DNA of 64,000 bases from NCBI RefSeq assembly GCF_009914755.1, contig NC_060930.1; one strand, given 5' to 3'. Shown piece after piece: positions 1 to 14,526 of this stretch. The stretch comes from the human T2T-CHM13v2.0 reference genome, Homo sapiens. Below the pieces are notes generated by a model. That model saw only the letters and a program-made list of their open reading frames with translations. It did no database searches and was not told the DNA's origin. The first letter of the stretch is position 1. Each line of letters opens with the position of its first letter. The translations under genes were made by a program, and so were the position numbers.

Positions 1-220
1 TAATTGTTATGATAAACTACTCAGATATTAGGGTTGTCTATGCAGAATAACCCATCCTTTATTTTTCTTTTTATGCTAAACCATTCTTTTATTTAAGGCA
101 CTAGTACTTGATCATAACATATCACTTAATATTTTTTATTCTATAGCTTTAAGTTTTATTCTACAAATCCTTTTGTTGATAATAATTATAACTTGAATGT
201 AATCTGCTTTGTGTTTCTAG

Positions 221-233
221 GAGGCAAAACCAG
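221..233 (+). CDS. 13-nt microexon (penultimate exon) of an unidentified plus-strand gene; reads EAKP+G in phase 0
   Basis: Acceptor tctgctttgtgtttctag| and consensus donor CAG|GTAAGC flank GAGGCAAAACCAG. Splicing to 2031 gives an open frame EAKPVQPIYK... Confidence 0.6.
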
Positions 234-289
234 GTAAGCAATACAGCTTAGAGAATACTTTTATTAAAAAACTTTTCTTTCTAAGAGTA

Positions 290-860
290 AAATGAGTGAA
301 AGAAAAATAACTAAATATATAGTCTCTGTCCTTGTGGGATAATAGTAACAGAGTTCATTAGAAAATATGAAATAATGACCCAAAGATAATTCTACAGGGA
401 CCATGTGAGCTTAGAGTGAGAAAAGGAAAGAAATCTTTTCCAGAAGGAGTGATCTAGAAAAACTTTATGGAAAAGGTGACATATAAACTGGGTTTGAAAG
501 ATGAATAGAATATTGATGAGGAAATTCTACACAGCATCTAAGTAAATATACCGTGAGAAAAGTGTAAGCAAGATATATAAATGGAACAACAAGTTATACA
601 GTTTGACTTACTTGTAATAGCAGAGTAAATATGTAGAAGTGTGAATTTTATTTTAAAACATCAAAGATTTTTAATAGAAGAGGGATTTTGTTATTAAGAG
701 GATAATTAATATTGCCATTATATTTAGGATGAATTATAAAGGATGGGTACTAGAGGTCATCAGAGGTTTGGGAGGGGTGAGAGTTTTTCATTGTCAAGGT
801 GAGACAGCAAGGGTCTGAGAGAGGAAATAAAAAAGAAGAAACAGCTTTGAGTTTTGTTGA
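290..860 (-). mobile_element. L2 LINE fragment (degenerate)
   Basis: gtctctgtccttgtggga...ggaaaaggtgacatataaactgggtttgaaagatgaatag resembles the antisense L2 3' region. Confidence 0.5.
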
Positions 861-2030
861 GCTACAAGGTTTACAGATATTTATATTTTCACCTATGACT
901 TAGCATTTGAAAACCTAACAGTCTTCTTTTTTGTATATTGCAAGCCATATAAATAGAGTCTATAACTAGATAGATCTTATTGGATAACCACCCAAAATGT
1001 AATATTTTATGCTATTGAACACTGACTCAATATGCTAATATTCAACACTCAAACCAAAAGTGAAAACACAGATGCCTGAGGAAAGAAAAGTTGGCAGCAG
1101 AAACTAGTGGGAATTGGGTAGGGTTTTTCTTGGCCTTCTGCTGCACAATAGGCAATTGTGATTCAGGTGTATTTGTTTATTCTGGTAGAAATAAATTCTC
1201 CCACTAAAACAAAAGTGCCATTATAAAGAGCTAGACAAAATCAACAACACCCGTCTTTGCCATGTCTTGCATGACTGTAAGGGGTCACATTCAGGAATTG
1301 TTGATCAGACTTCCTTTGTCTCTCTCTTTTAAAAAGGCATTTTGCAAATTTAATACTTTTCCATGTTCTAAAGCATTGCTTGTCCACGGGAGAGGGGTTG
1401 GGTGTCAAGCAAACGCAGAGAGGCTCTAGGGGTTTCTAAAGTGGTCACTTCAATAGTCATTTCATAACATGTTTGTCGGCATGTCTTTCTTCCAGTTCTG
1501 GTTTTGTTACCTTCTCTCTGTTTTCAATGTAAACAGCAGTACAAAGTGAGCTATCTTCCTGCTATTCAAAATAAATACTTATTTGGGTAAAATTTATAAT
1601 GTTAGATTCTACTTTTAGTCAGGAAATGCAAACAAAGCTTGGAGACTGCTTGTTCCCTGACCCCAAATTCATTCCATGTTGCTATAGCATCACCCCTGAG
1701 AAAATGGGCCTGCCTGTTTTCCTCCCCATAGACAAACTCAATGGGCTTTTGTCAGCTCTTGAATTATAGCATTAAAATTTAAACAGTAGGGATTTAATGG
1801 AGGATTATTATGACACTCCAGTGCATTCTTTCTGTTGCCATTAGCAACAACCCCAAGAATGAAATAAAATAATTGTTTTAGGAGGTGCTGTTTTCCTAAA
1901 AGATGAAACATCTACCTTACATTCTTGGAGTTACATAAACTAATTTGTGTGTGTGTTACTTCTAACATGAGTAGAGTATTGGTAGTGTATACCAATCCAA
2001 TGATTTAAGGTATTTTTTTTTCCCTTTTAG

Positions 2031-2188
2031 TTCAACCAATCTACAAAGGCCAAAAATATTTTCACAGGCCCCCAAAAGATGAACTCCAATCTGCTGCCCC
2101 TAAACGCATTCTCCACTGTCTGGAAGATGTGCAAAGGCAACGGCACAGCGTTCTCCATCTCAAATCCTTCAAAGTGCTGTCAGAATAA
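2031..2188 (+). CDS. Coding part of terminal exon; preferred frame (V)QPIYKGQKYFHRPPKDELQSAAPKRILHCLEDVQRQRHSVLHLKSFKVLSE*; product not recognised
   Basis: Strong acceptor tttttttttcccttttag| at 2030, non-repetitive higher-GC sequence, stop TAA at 2186-2188, poly(A) signals ~190 nt downstream. The frame choice is an inference; an alternative frame is open 2031-2249. Confidence 0.55.
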
Positions 2189-2373
2189 AAGAATCCCCAC
2201 CAAAAGCCCCAGGGAAATCTATCTGTCTGTATGGTATGGTAATGACTGAGGTTATTCCAGATAGGATTCTGGGAGAAACTCAGCTATTGAAATCTAATGA
2301 ATGGAACTGAGAATTTCTTGTTATAATACTGTTTGTTTGATTGAATATATCCTTGCATATAGGAAGACATAAA

Positions 2374-2386
2374 AATAAATAATAAA
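2374..2386 (+). terminator. Tandem polyadenylation signals AATAAA (2374-2379, 2381-2386) with downstream T/GT-rich element
   Basis: aaAATAAAtAATAAAagc followed by tttgaatttttgtttg at ~2399-2414. Confidence 0.6.
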
Positions 2387-3479
2387 AGCAAGATATTATT
2401 TGAATTTTTGTTTGATTATATAATCTGAGAATTTTTCTGGTAAGTAATTTTGCATCTGGATTTATTTTTTCTGCCAGTCACTTGCCTTTCTAGTTTTATG
2501 TCATTTTTATCTCTTTCCTATTTTAATGTCAGCACCTAGGTTTACATTAAGGATTGTATTTTTTTAATCACCAGGGATTACAACAATTTATGTTCCTTTT
2601 CTAGCTGCCAAAATACAGATATTTCCTTTCTTCTGCTATATTCTTGCTGGACAACTCCTTTCAAAATATTTTTAACTTTTTCTGTTTGAAGTGAATTTCA
2701 GTTCATTGTAGAAATAATACAAAATGAGTAACAGGCAATAAATAAATGAATAGTCCTTTGGATTTTTACCACCCAGAGATAATAGTTCTTAATCTAAGTG
2801 TGAGCCTTAATCTATAGCAATGAAAATTAGTCTTACTTTCACCAAAGACATCCAGGGTTCCCCTATCCTCTTCTGTAGAGGCAGCCCTATTACCAGTGTC
2901 TTGTGTTTACTTTCAGAGGAGTACATGCAAACATCTGTATATATGCCATTTTTACAGGAAAATGATAAATTTTACATTTTTCAGATCCTTGCTTTTTCAT
3001 GTAACAATAAATCTTGAAATCAGTATAAGTCCCAGAATTTGTATAGGGACAGTCTTGTGGGACTGGAGAGTTGGGACATTGAGGGAGGAGACTAAGGGGT
3101 TTGCCTTCAAGTTGCCTTTGCTAAGCAAGCAACTGTCATTTGTTATGTTGTATATAGCTGGTCAATAAATGGCAAAGGTAATGAAACATGCTTTTATTCA
3201 CACTTTACAAACACAGAGAAAATAGTCACTGTTCGTAAAGATAGAAATTGTTAACACTATTTTTATTGGGACAATTAGCCATAGTTTGTATGGAACTACA
3301 AGTGATTTCTTTAGAGAGTTCCTCAATGAGAGATTTTTAAGTATTTCCTTGTCATTTGCTGTCAAAAACAATGTTGCAGTAAACATTCTGGTAAACATTA
3401 CTTTAGGCACACATATGAATATGCTGTTTTACAAATTACTAGTAATTGAATTACTTAGATGAAAACATTATATACATAG

Positions 3480-4847
3480 ATGTTCACCATCAGGGAACCA
3501 GACCAGGCATTGAGGTCCCCACTGAGCCAGTGACATTGCTTTCAGAAGCAGAATGGAGGATACAGTTTCCCTGAGAAGGCAAGCTGTCATGTCTCATTTA
3601 ATGCTAAGATGCTGCTGGGAGCTTGCTTTTGAATATATCATTTTATTTGACAAGTGAGGCTTATTGGGCCTTTCTTACTTTGTTAGTCATCGAGTCCCAC
3701 CCAATAAAGGGCCCACCCAAAAAAATGGGAACACCAGGCAAGAGAGTCACAAGGTTTCTATGGGTCAGGTATTTAGCTTTGCCAAGAGCCCAGCAAGTTA
3801 CTAGCTACTTTTTTTTTTTAAGTAGCCATGTCAGAGAAGTTAACCCCATATCCCAAGGGCCCCTCAAGGTAGAGGTTGGCTTTATTTGCCCGGACCCTAA
3901 CTGACTAAGACTTGTCACAAAGACTTGAGCTCAGAGGTGTATTGAAGTTGTGCATTAGCACTTTGCATGCAGCTCTTCTGTGATCAGGAGAATCCCCTTG
4001 GCACTTTTGGGATGAGGAAGTACATTCAGATGTAGAAGTTACAACAGTACACTGAACTGGTCCAAAATTCCTCAACGTACAAAGTCACATTAATTTCCCT
4101 TCTTCACTGTGAACCTGGCCCAAACTCCATTCCTTGAATCTAGTGCCTGCTCCCCACACAGTATTGGGTAAGATGATGAGTTGGGCAGTTTTATCCAACA
4201 GAGTTCCAGCATAATGAGATTGATGAATATGGCCTTTGGTCTTTCTGGGGGGCAGGGAGACTTCTCTTTAAAGCAGCTGAAGTCAGGGTAGAAGGGAAGA
4301 GAGTAATCAGAGCATATCAAAAGAGAAAGGGGCTCTATGCCATTAAGTAAGGCATTTCACTCAATTTGAGCTGGTTTTGAGCAGGTGCTGGCTTATGGCT
4401 CAACCAAAAGAACATTTAATGATTTTAATCTTCCCAAAGCTCTGTATTGAATGGCAAGGTCTCCACTGCTGACATCATTTATTTCTGCTTTGGGGACTCT
4501 TTGGTTCATCAGCCATGGCCTCATTGCCTTTTGGCTGGGGCTGGAGGGCTTGCTGCCCCATTGTCATAGTAACATTTGCTCATCCACCCTCCCAGAGGAG
4601 AGTGAGCAAAAACCAAGGTGCCATTTGGGCAGTTTGTTTCAGTCCTGTCTATTACAGCTTATCCTTTAAAGATTCATTATCAGGAAGGACAGTAGGGGAC
4701 CCTTACTGTGCTCCCTTTCTTTTGCCCAGCATTTGGTATCAGGTCGCAGAGAGCCTTGTCATATTCCCAAACCTGGCCTGCAGGACTCTTGTCTTTTCTC
4801 TTCCTGAAAGCCACACCTAAGTCAGCTTCCATTATTGTCACCAAAAC
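3480..4847 (-). mobile_element. Probable ERVL internal remnant (HERVL40-int-like) attached to LTR40
   Basis: GC-richer block directly 3' of the LTR40 on the minus strand, starting with a PBS-like TTTTGGTGAC; no intact ORF. Confidence 0.45.
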
Positions 4848-5350
4848 TGTTAAGAATTGTGAAGGACCTGACATGTTCTCTAACTGCAAGATAATGAGCT
4901 AGTCTGCCACAGCTTTATGGATTTAAAAAATGGCATGAAACTCCTAAGTCAAAACAAATGACTTTATTACGGCCTGGTAAGCAGCATGAACATCAGCTTA
5001 TTTTTGCGGGTTCTCTTTGCTCCACAACCCTGTGAAGGTGACCCAGATGGGCCCAGATATAGCCCACGTATGTAGTGGTTTACACTCCAGGAGAGGAACT
5101 CTCTACATAGGGAATATGAATATTTTATAATGAGCAGTAAGTGTCTCTGTCCTTTGATCCAGAGGGAGACATGATATTTTTTATACAAGACAGCAAGCAT
5201 TCCTGCTCTTTGTTCTAGGGAGAGACACTATCTCTGTCACTCAAGGTTATTCATTACACAAACATCCTTTAAAAGACAATCCAGAAGAAAAGACAGTCAG
5301 TGCATCTTTTCTCAAGATGTGTCAAAATGTGAGAGAAGTGTTTCTGAACA
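4848..5350 (-). mobile_element. LTR40-family LTR (ERVL)
   Basis: Minus strand reads TGTTCAGAAACAC...GCACTGACTGTCTTTTC...AAGGATGTTTGTG...AGAGATAGTGTCTCTCCC...AATAAAGTC...TTCTTAACA, matching the LTR40 consensus as I recall it; TG...CA ends. Confidence 0.7.
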
Positions 5351-6849
5351 CATTCTGTGGTTTGAATGTACTTACATGTATTCAAATACTATGTCCCCCA
5401 CCATTGGTGGGTATTCTTTTATTAAAAACCAGTATTAGCTGATGGAATAATCCAAATGTGGTATTTATTTCTATTGGATAATTTATCAGGTTGGATTATT
5501 AGGTAGAAGTAGACATGTTTAATTTTAACATATTTTGCAAGTTTTCTCTACTGAGAACCTATTAAGAACATTTCAAAGAAGTATGCCCAAGAGTGACTTA
5601 CTTCTTGTTGTGAAAAAAAATACCTGACAAGCCCTATATTCTTTAACCTAATCATTCCTAGGAAAGTAACTGAAGGCAGACACTACAGAACTTAATTAGA
5701 AGTTTAATAAAACACATTAAATATAATAGTAAGACAGTTGATGCAGCTGCTTTGAAAAGACAAAGCTCTCATATAGCCATTGCATCTTATCAGATGGATA
5801 AGAAAAAGGTTGGGAAATAGTTTAATGCCTGTTTCCATAAAATTTAAGAAAAATCTGCATTTCACCTGTATCTTCTCATCATGAAATTTGAGTTTTTGTC
5901 TAATTTTATTCAAAAAGGACAGAGTTTTTGTGTTATTAAAAGACTCCAAGGACTTTTTGCTTGTAAATCCCAAATTCACGACTTTTAAAAATAAGAAAGC
6001 ACACTTGTTAGTGTTTTCTGTAAAACACTATATACTCTTGTTTTTAATTATGTTTCTGGTATGAGATTGTAGTGACTCACCAGTCATGAAATAATTACCT
6101 TACTCTAGTACTTCACTGATTTGCTCTGCAACTTCCATGGTAGTAGCTTGAATTTACTTAGAAGCATGAAAAACACACCAAGAACCTTTATTAAACATTA
6201 TACTACTATGTAATCTGGTTTATATTATATACTGTTTTATACTGTATAATCACAACAAACCTCATGATTTAACATGTTCAGTTTTAACAATCAATAACTA
6301 TTCAAGTTTTTCTCCTTTAGCAAACTGTGTCAGCACTGGACATTACTGCTTGTAAATTTCTAGTCATTTCTACTGAATGAGAAAGAGTATTATGGTATTA
6401 ATCCACTCTGGAGGAAATTCAGGTCCTTGGTGTTTTTATTTATTTATGTCAGTCAAATATAAACTCTGATCAAAGATTACAGCAAAAGGAAATTGGCCAT
6501 CATTGGTGAGATTCAATAAAATCAACAAGCAATAGATACGAATCTCAAGGACTATAGATATTGAAATTGTTAGATGTAGGACATATGTATCAAATATTTT
6601 AAAAACAGAAGGTAAAAATATTTTAAACTACCAGACAGATTTAAAAAAATACAACTTTAAAAAATGAAAATAAACTCTTTAAAATTAAAAATTTGGTGGG
6701 TGATTAGATTAACATGAAGTCAGTAAGTAAACTGAAAGTTTCATCAGAAAGAAAATTAGAAATGCAACACAAAGACAAAAAAATTACTAAAGAGTGGTTA
6801 ATAGATAAGGAAGTTGGAAAATGAGAATCTAAACCTTGTCTTATCGGAG

Positions 6850-9553
<2,704 letters not shown>

Positions 9554-10519
9554 CAGAGTTTGAGAGGAGAATAAAAGTTATGGAGCAGAGCCAGCTTTTG
9601 AAAGGTAATGACAAAGAATTTTCCAGAAGTGATGAAAGATAATCTGCGTATAGAAGAAGCACAACACATACCAAATTGAATAAATAAAAATGAATCCATA
9701 ACCCTGTACCTTCCACTAAAGCTCTAGAACTCCAAAGCAAAACTCTTCAAAGTAGACTAAGAAAACAAACAAATCACCCAAAAAGAAGCAATTGAATTTA
9801 ACAGTAGGTGTCTCAACAGCAGCAACCGAAGCCAGGACACAGTGAAATGATAAAATTGTCAACCTAGAGTTGTGTAACCAGTCAAATTCTCTTTCAATAA
9901 TAAGGGCACAATAAAGACGTGAACATAAACAAGAACTTGGAGCTTTCATCACCAGCACAACTTCAGTAAAGTACCTTCTAAGGTATGTTCTTCAGCACAA
10001 AATAAAGTGACTCATAAAAAAACATAGATACACAAAAGCAAAAAAATTGGAAAAAATTATGTTCAAAATAGGCAAACTACTGGTTAACTGGTCAGAACAA
10101 ATAAAAGGGAGATAGAGTCAAATAAATAGTATTAGGAATAGAAAAGAGAACATAACTAAAGATAAGGCAGAAATTAAAGAAGATCAGAATACGATGAAAC
10201 TTTACATTTGGATGTAGGAAAATTAGAAGTTCCTGAACAAAAGTCACATAAGAAAAGAAGTATCTTACAAGAGTAAGATTAACTTTAGAATATTAAGAAT
10301 AATCTTACAGCAATTTAAAATTTAACCAGAGTTTTTGTTAAAAAATATTTTACAAAGCCAACAGCAGGCCAAATAATTCAAAGAAAAAGATTTACTAATT
10401 TTTGCTAATGTATTATATCATTCCAGCCTTGTAAACATTCTTCCAGAAAATGGAAGTAGGAGGTAAAGAATTCCATTTCGTTTTAAAAGCCAAGTATGAT
10501 CTTAATAACAAAAACAAGT

Positions 10520-12182
10520 ATATTATTGCTGCTGTAACAATTTACCACAAACTTAATTGTTTAAAACAATACACATTTATCATCTTATATATACCTCTAG
10601 AAGCCAGAAGTCTCCTGATCTCACTAGACTAAGATTATGGTGTCAGTAGAGCTATCTTCCTTCCTGTAGCTTAGGGTAGAATTGTTTTTTAGAAACTGCC
10701 CACATTCCTCGGCTCATAGTCTTCTTCTTTCATCTTCAAAGCCAGCAACAGTGGGCTGAGTCTTCATACTCTCTGGTTCTCCACAACTGGGAGACTGCTA
10801 TGTGAATTAAGTGTGCTAACTCCCACCAGAGGCAGAAGAGTTATATATATATACATTTTATAGTTGTATATAATTGTATGTTATAGTTATATATACTTAT
10901 TGTAATAATTAATATAATTTCATAATTTTAATTATAATACAGTTATATATTGACATATAATTATATGTATTTTACATCTTTTAAAAAAATATATATGTAT
11001 GCTTGAGTGCACAATTTATTGTGAGGCCTTACATGTCATCAATCATGTAATTTATATTCAACCTAAAGGTAGTAATAAAAGATGGGAGGTAATGAACCAC
11101 AGTGATGGCCCAGGAGCCTATTCTAGTGGGTCTGGAGTCCTTTGGAAGCTGGTCAGTTGGGGCATCACTGCCTCTCTAGGGCAAAGCCTCAAGCGGCAGC
11201 CACCTAAAGTTGTGAGAAGTCCTCAGAGTTCTCACAGGCCTCCAAAGGCATCTTGAACAAGGCTTTGTCCTGGCTGCTTTTATAATCCTTCAGAGATGTG
11301 TCTATTTTCAACATCTTACGACTTTCCCCTTTCTACTGGTTCATTTCAGGTCTTGAGTGATATCAGGCAACAGCAGGAATTATCACCTCAGTCCATTACA
11401 TATATATTTATCACTTGAGAAGAGGGAGACTACTTTACTGTGGGTTCAATGCTACTTGATATGAGTGACTACATTTTGAGACATTAGGTGTTGGGAGCGA
11501 GCTCCCAAAATCTGGCCATAAACTGGCCCCAAAACTGGCCATAAACAAAATCTCTGCAGCACTGTAACATGTTCATAATGTCCCTAATGCCCAAGCTGGA
11601 AGGTTGTGGGTTTACAGGAATGAGGGCAAGGAACACCTGGCCCGCCCAGGGTGGAAAACACTTAAAGGCATTCTTAAGCCACAAACAATAGCATGAGCGA
11701 TCTGTGCCTTAAGGACATGCTCCTGCTGCAGTTAACTAGCCCAACCTATTTCTTTAATTCGGCCCATCCCTTCGTTTCCCATAAGGGATACTTTTAGTTA
11801 ATCAAATATCTATAGAAACAATGCTAATGACTGGCTTGCTGTTAATAAATATGTGGGTAAATCTCTGTTTGGGGCTCTCAGCTCTGAAGGCTGTGAGACC
11901 CCTGATTTCCCACTTCACACCTCTATATTTCTGTGTGTGTGTCTTTAATTCCTCTAGCGCTGCTGGGTTAGGGTCTCCCCGACTGAGCTGGTCTCAGCAA
12001 TTAGGATCACACATTATTATGATATATCAGAAATGTTCTTTGCTTTTAAACTTCCAGTCTCAAAATACATAGCTCATTAATCACATCCATAAAGACCCCT
12101 CTTGCCAGTAACATAGCGTGTTCCCAGTTTCCAAAGATTAGAATGTGGCCAACTTTTTGGGGCCATTATTCTGCCAACTATA
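10520..12182 (-). mobile_element. MLT1 (MLT1D-like) LTR, split into ~10520-10800 and ~12070-12182
   Basis: attgctgctgtaacaatttaccacaaactt...catcttcaaagccagcaac and ...gattagaatgtggccaactttttggggccattattctgcc. Confidence 0.65.
11489..11999 (+). mobile_element. MER9 solo LTR (HERV-K9/HML-3)
   Basis: TGTTGGGAGC...aactggccataaacaaaatctctgcagc...GGTCTCAGCA, 511 bp, perfect 6-bp TSD ATTAGG (11483-11488, 12000-12005). Confidence 0.9.
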
Positions 12183-14221
12183 CTTAACAAGCAAATATGA
12201 GAAAGGAAAACAAAGGACATGAACATATATACAAATATTCTAAACAATATTCTGACAAAAGAATATTTTGGGAATCTTAATCTATAATGATATTATGATC
12301 AAGAAATTCAATATTGCTAAATATCTCAGAAAAATCTATACATCTAATTACTCTATAGAAAAAGTGAGACATATAATCATCTCGGTAAATAGAGAAAATA
12401 ATAGCTAAAATTCAAGAATTATTTATAATCTTAAAATCACTTTTAGTAAACTAGAAATAAAAGAGGATTTCCATAATCTGATAAAAATCTTCAACAGAAA
12501 ATCTACATCAAACATCAACCTTTGAGGCAAAATAGTAAAAGTGCTCCCTTTAAAATTAGAAACAAGGGGAGGAAAAAAATGGCAGACAGGAGGCAGGACT
12601 AACTTGCAGCTCCCACTTGGATTGACAGAGCAGCGTGTGGAGACTCACATCATGAACTTTTGCTCCAAGAACTACCACAAGAACATACCAGGAAAGCTGA
12701 GAGAATTCACAGATCCTTTGAAGGAAGCGGAGTGCTGCTGCAGGCCCCTGGAGACAGCTGAAAAACTATGAGTGCCCAAAGTGTGAAAGTGGGATCATGG
12801 GTGTCGGAATACACACCCTCAGTGGGGAGCCTGAAGGTCCATATCATGGGAGAAGGATTTGACCTTACCTGGAGCTGAGACAAATTTAGAGAGCTGAGCA
12901 AAATACAGGGTTAGAAACAACAGCAAGGAAAGCCCTGTGAGCTCTCCCTGTCAGGGGTCCTTGGGGAGGGCTGCCAGAGGACCTAGGAAAAGACCACGGG
13001 GAGAATAAAACTTCCAGCTTAACTTTGTAAACATTTTGACAGAAGGCAAAGTTTCCTGGACAGAACCTGGGGGAGGGGTGAATTGGAAGTACAGACACAG
13101 CACAGAGGCCATGGCAGGCAGAGAGGCAAGACCTGAAACCCTGCTTGCTTTCTCAGCTGGGAGGTGGGTAGCCTGGGGCAAGTTCTCAGCCTTGCTCACC
13201 TGCTGCCTGGAAATAAACTTGGTGCTGTTGACGGGACATGGTGGGAGGGAGACCAATCATTTGGGCTGCGTGGGAGCTGGGTGAGGTCTGTGACTGCCTG
13301 CTTTTCCCCACTTCCCTGGCAACCTGCATGAGGCAGCAGAGGCAGCCATAATCCCTGTGGAAACAACTCCATCAGCTGGGGAACCACACTTTGATCCCCC
13401 ACAACAGCCAGAGGAAGCACTGCCCAAGGAAAGCCTGAGCTCAGACACACCTAACCTTGCACTCACCTGATGGTTTTTCTCTGCCTACCCTGGTAGCCAA
13501 AGACAAAGGACATAATCTCTTGGGAGCTCTATAGCCTCACCCACTGCCTGATCCTCTCTATACTACTGCAGCTGATGCTCTCCTGAAAGTACCATCTCCT
13601 GGCTGGAGGCCAGTGAACACAAAACTAGTGAAATAAACAAAACTGCAGCCAAGGACCCTCAGAGAGTCCACTTCACTCCCCTGCCATCTCCACTGGAGCA
13701 GGTGCTTGTACCTACGGCTGAGAGACCCAAAGATGGTTCACATCACAGGACTCTGAGCAGACACTCACCACTTCTAGCCTGGAGCCCAGCAGCTTCTCTG
13801 GGTGGCTGAGTCCAGAAGAGAAATAGCAATCACTGCAGTTTGGCTCTCAGAAAGCCACATCCCTAGGGGAAGGGGGAGAGCACCACATCAAGGGAGCACC
13901 CCATGGGACAAAAGAATCTGAACAGCAGCCCTTGAGCCCCAGATTTGTCTACACAAAAGAGAAGGAGCCAGAAAAACAATTCTGGCAATATGACAAAATA
14001 AGGTTCCTTAACATCCCCCAAAGATCACATTAGCTCACAGCAATGGATCAAAACCAAGAAGAAATCTCTGAATTACCAGAAAAAGAATTCAGAAGGTCAA
14101 TTATTAAGTTAATCAAGCAGGCACCAGAGAAAGGTGAAGTCCAACTTAATGAAATAAAAAAAATGATACAAGATATGAAGGAAAAATTTTTCAGTGAAAT
14201 AGATAGCATAAATAAAAAACA

Positions 14222-14526
14222 GGCCAGGCACAGTGGCTCACACCTGTAATCCCAGCACTTTGGGAAAATTAGGCAGTTGGATCACCTGAGATCAGGAGTT
14301 CGAGACCAGCCTGGCCAACATGGTCAAACCTCGTATCTACTAAAAATACAAAATTAGTTGGGCGTGGTGGCACATGGTAATCCCAGCTTCTTGGGAGGCT
14401 GAGGCAGGAGAATTGTTTGAATCCTTGAGGCAGAGGTTGCAGTTAGTCAAGATCATGCCATTGCACTCCAGCCTGGGCAACAAGAGCAAAACTCAATCTC
14501 AAAAAAAAAAAAAAAAAAAAAAAAAA
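14222..14526 (+). mobile_element. AluS (Sq/Sp-like) inside L1 ORF1
   Basis: ggccaggcacagtggctcac...gggcaacaagagcaaaactc + poly(A). Confidence 0.9.

Noticed and set aside
221-2188. Assigning a gene symbol to the 3' exons
   Set aside because: I do not recognise the C-terminal peptide in any frame; a BLAT or tblastn search is needed.
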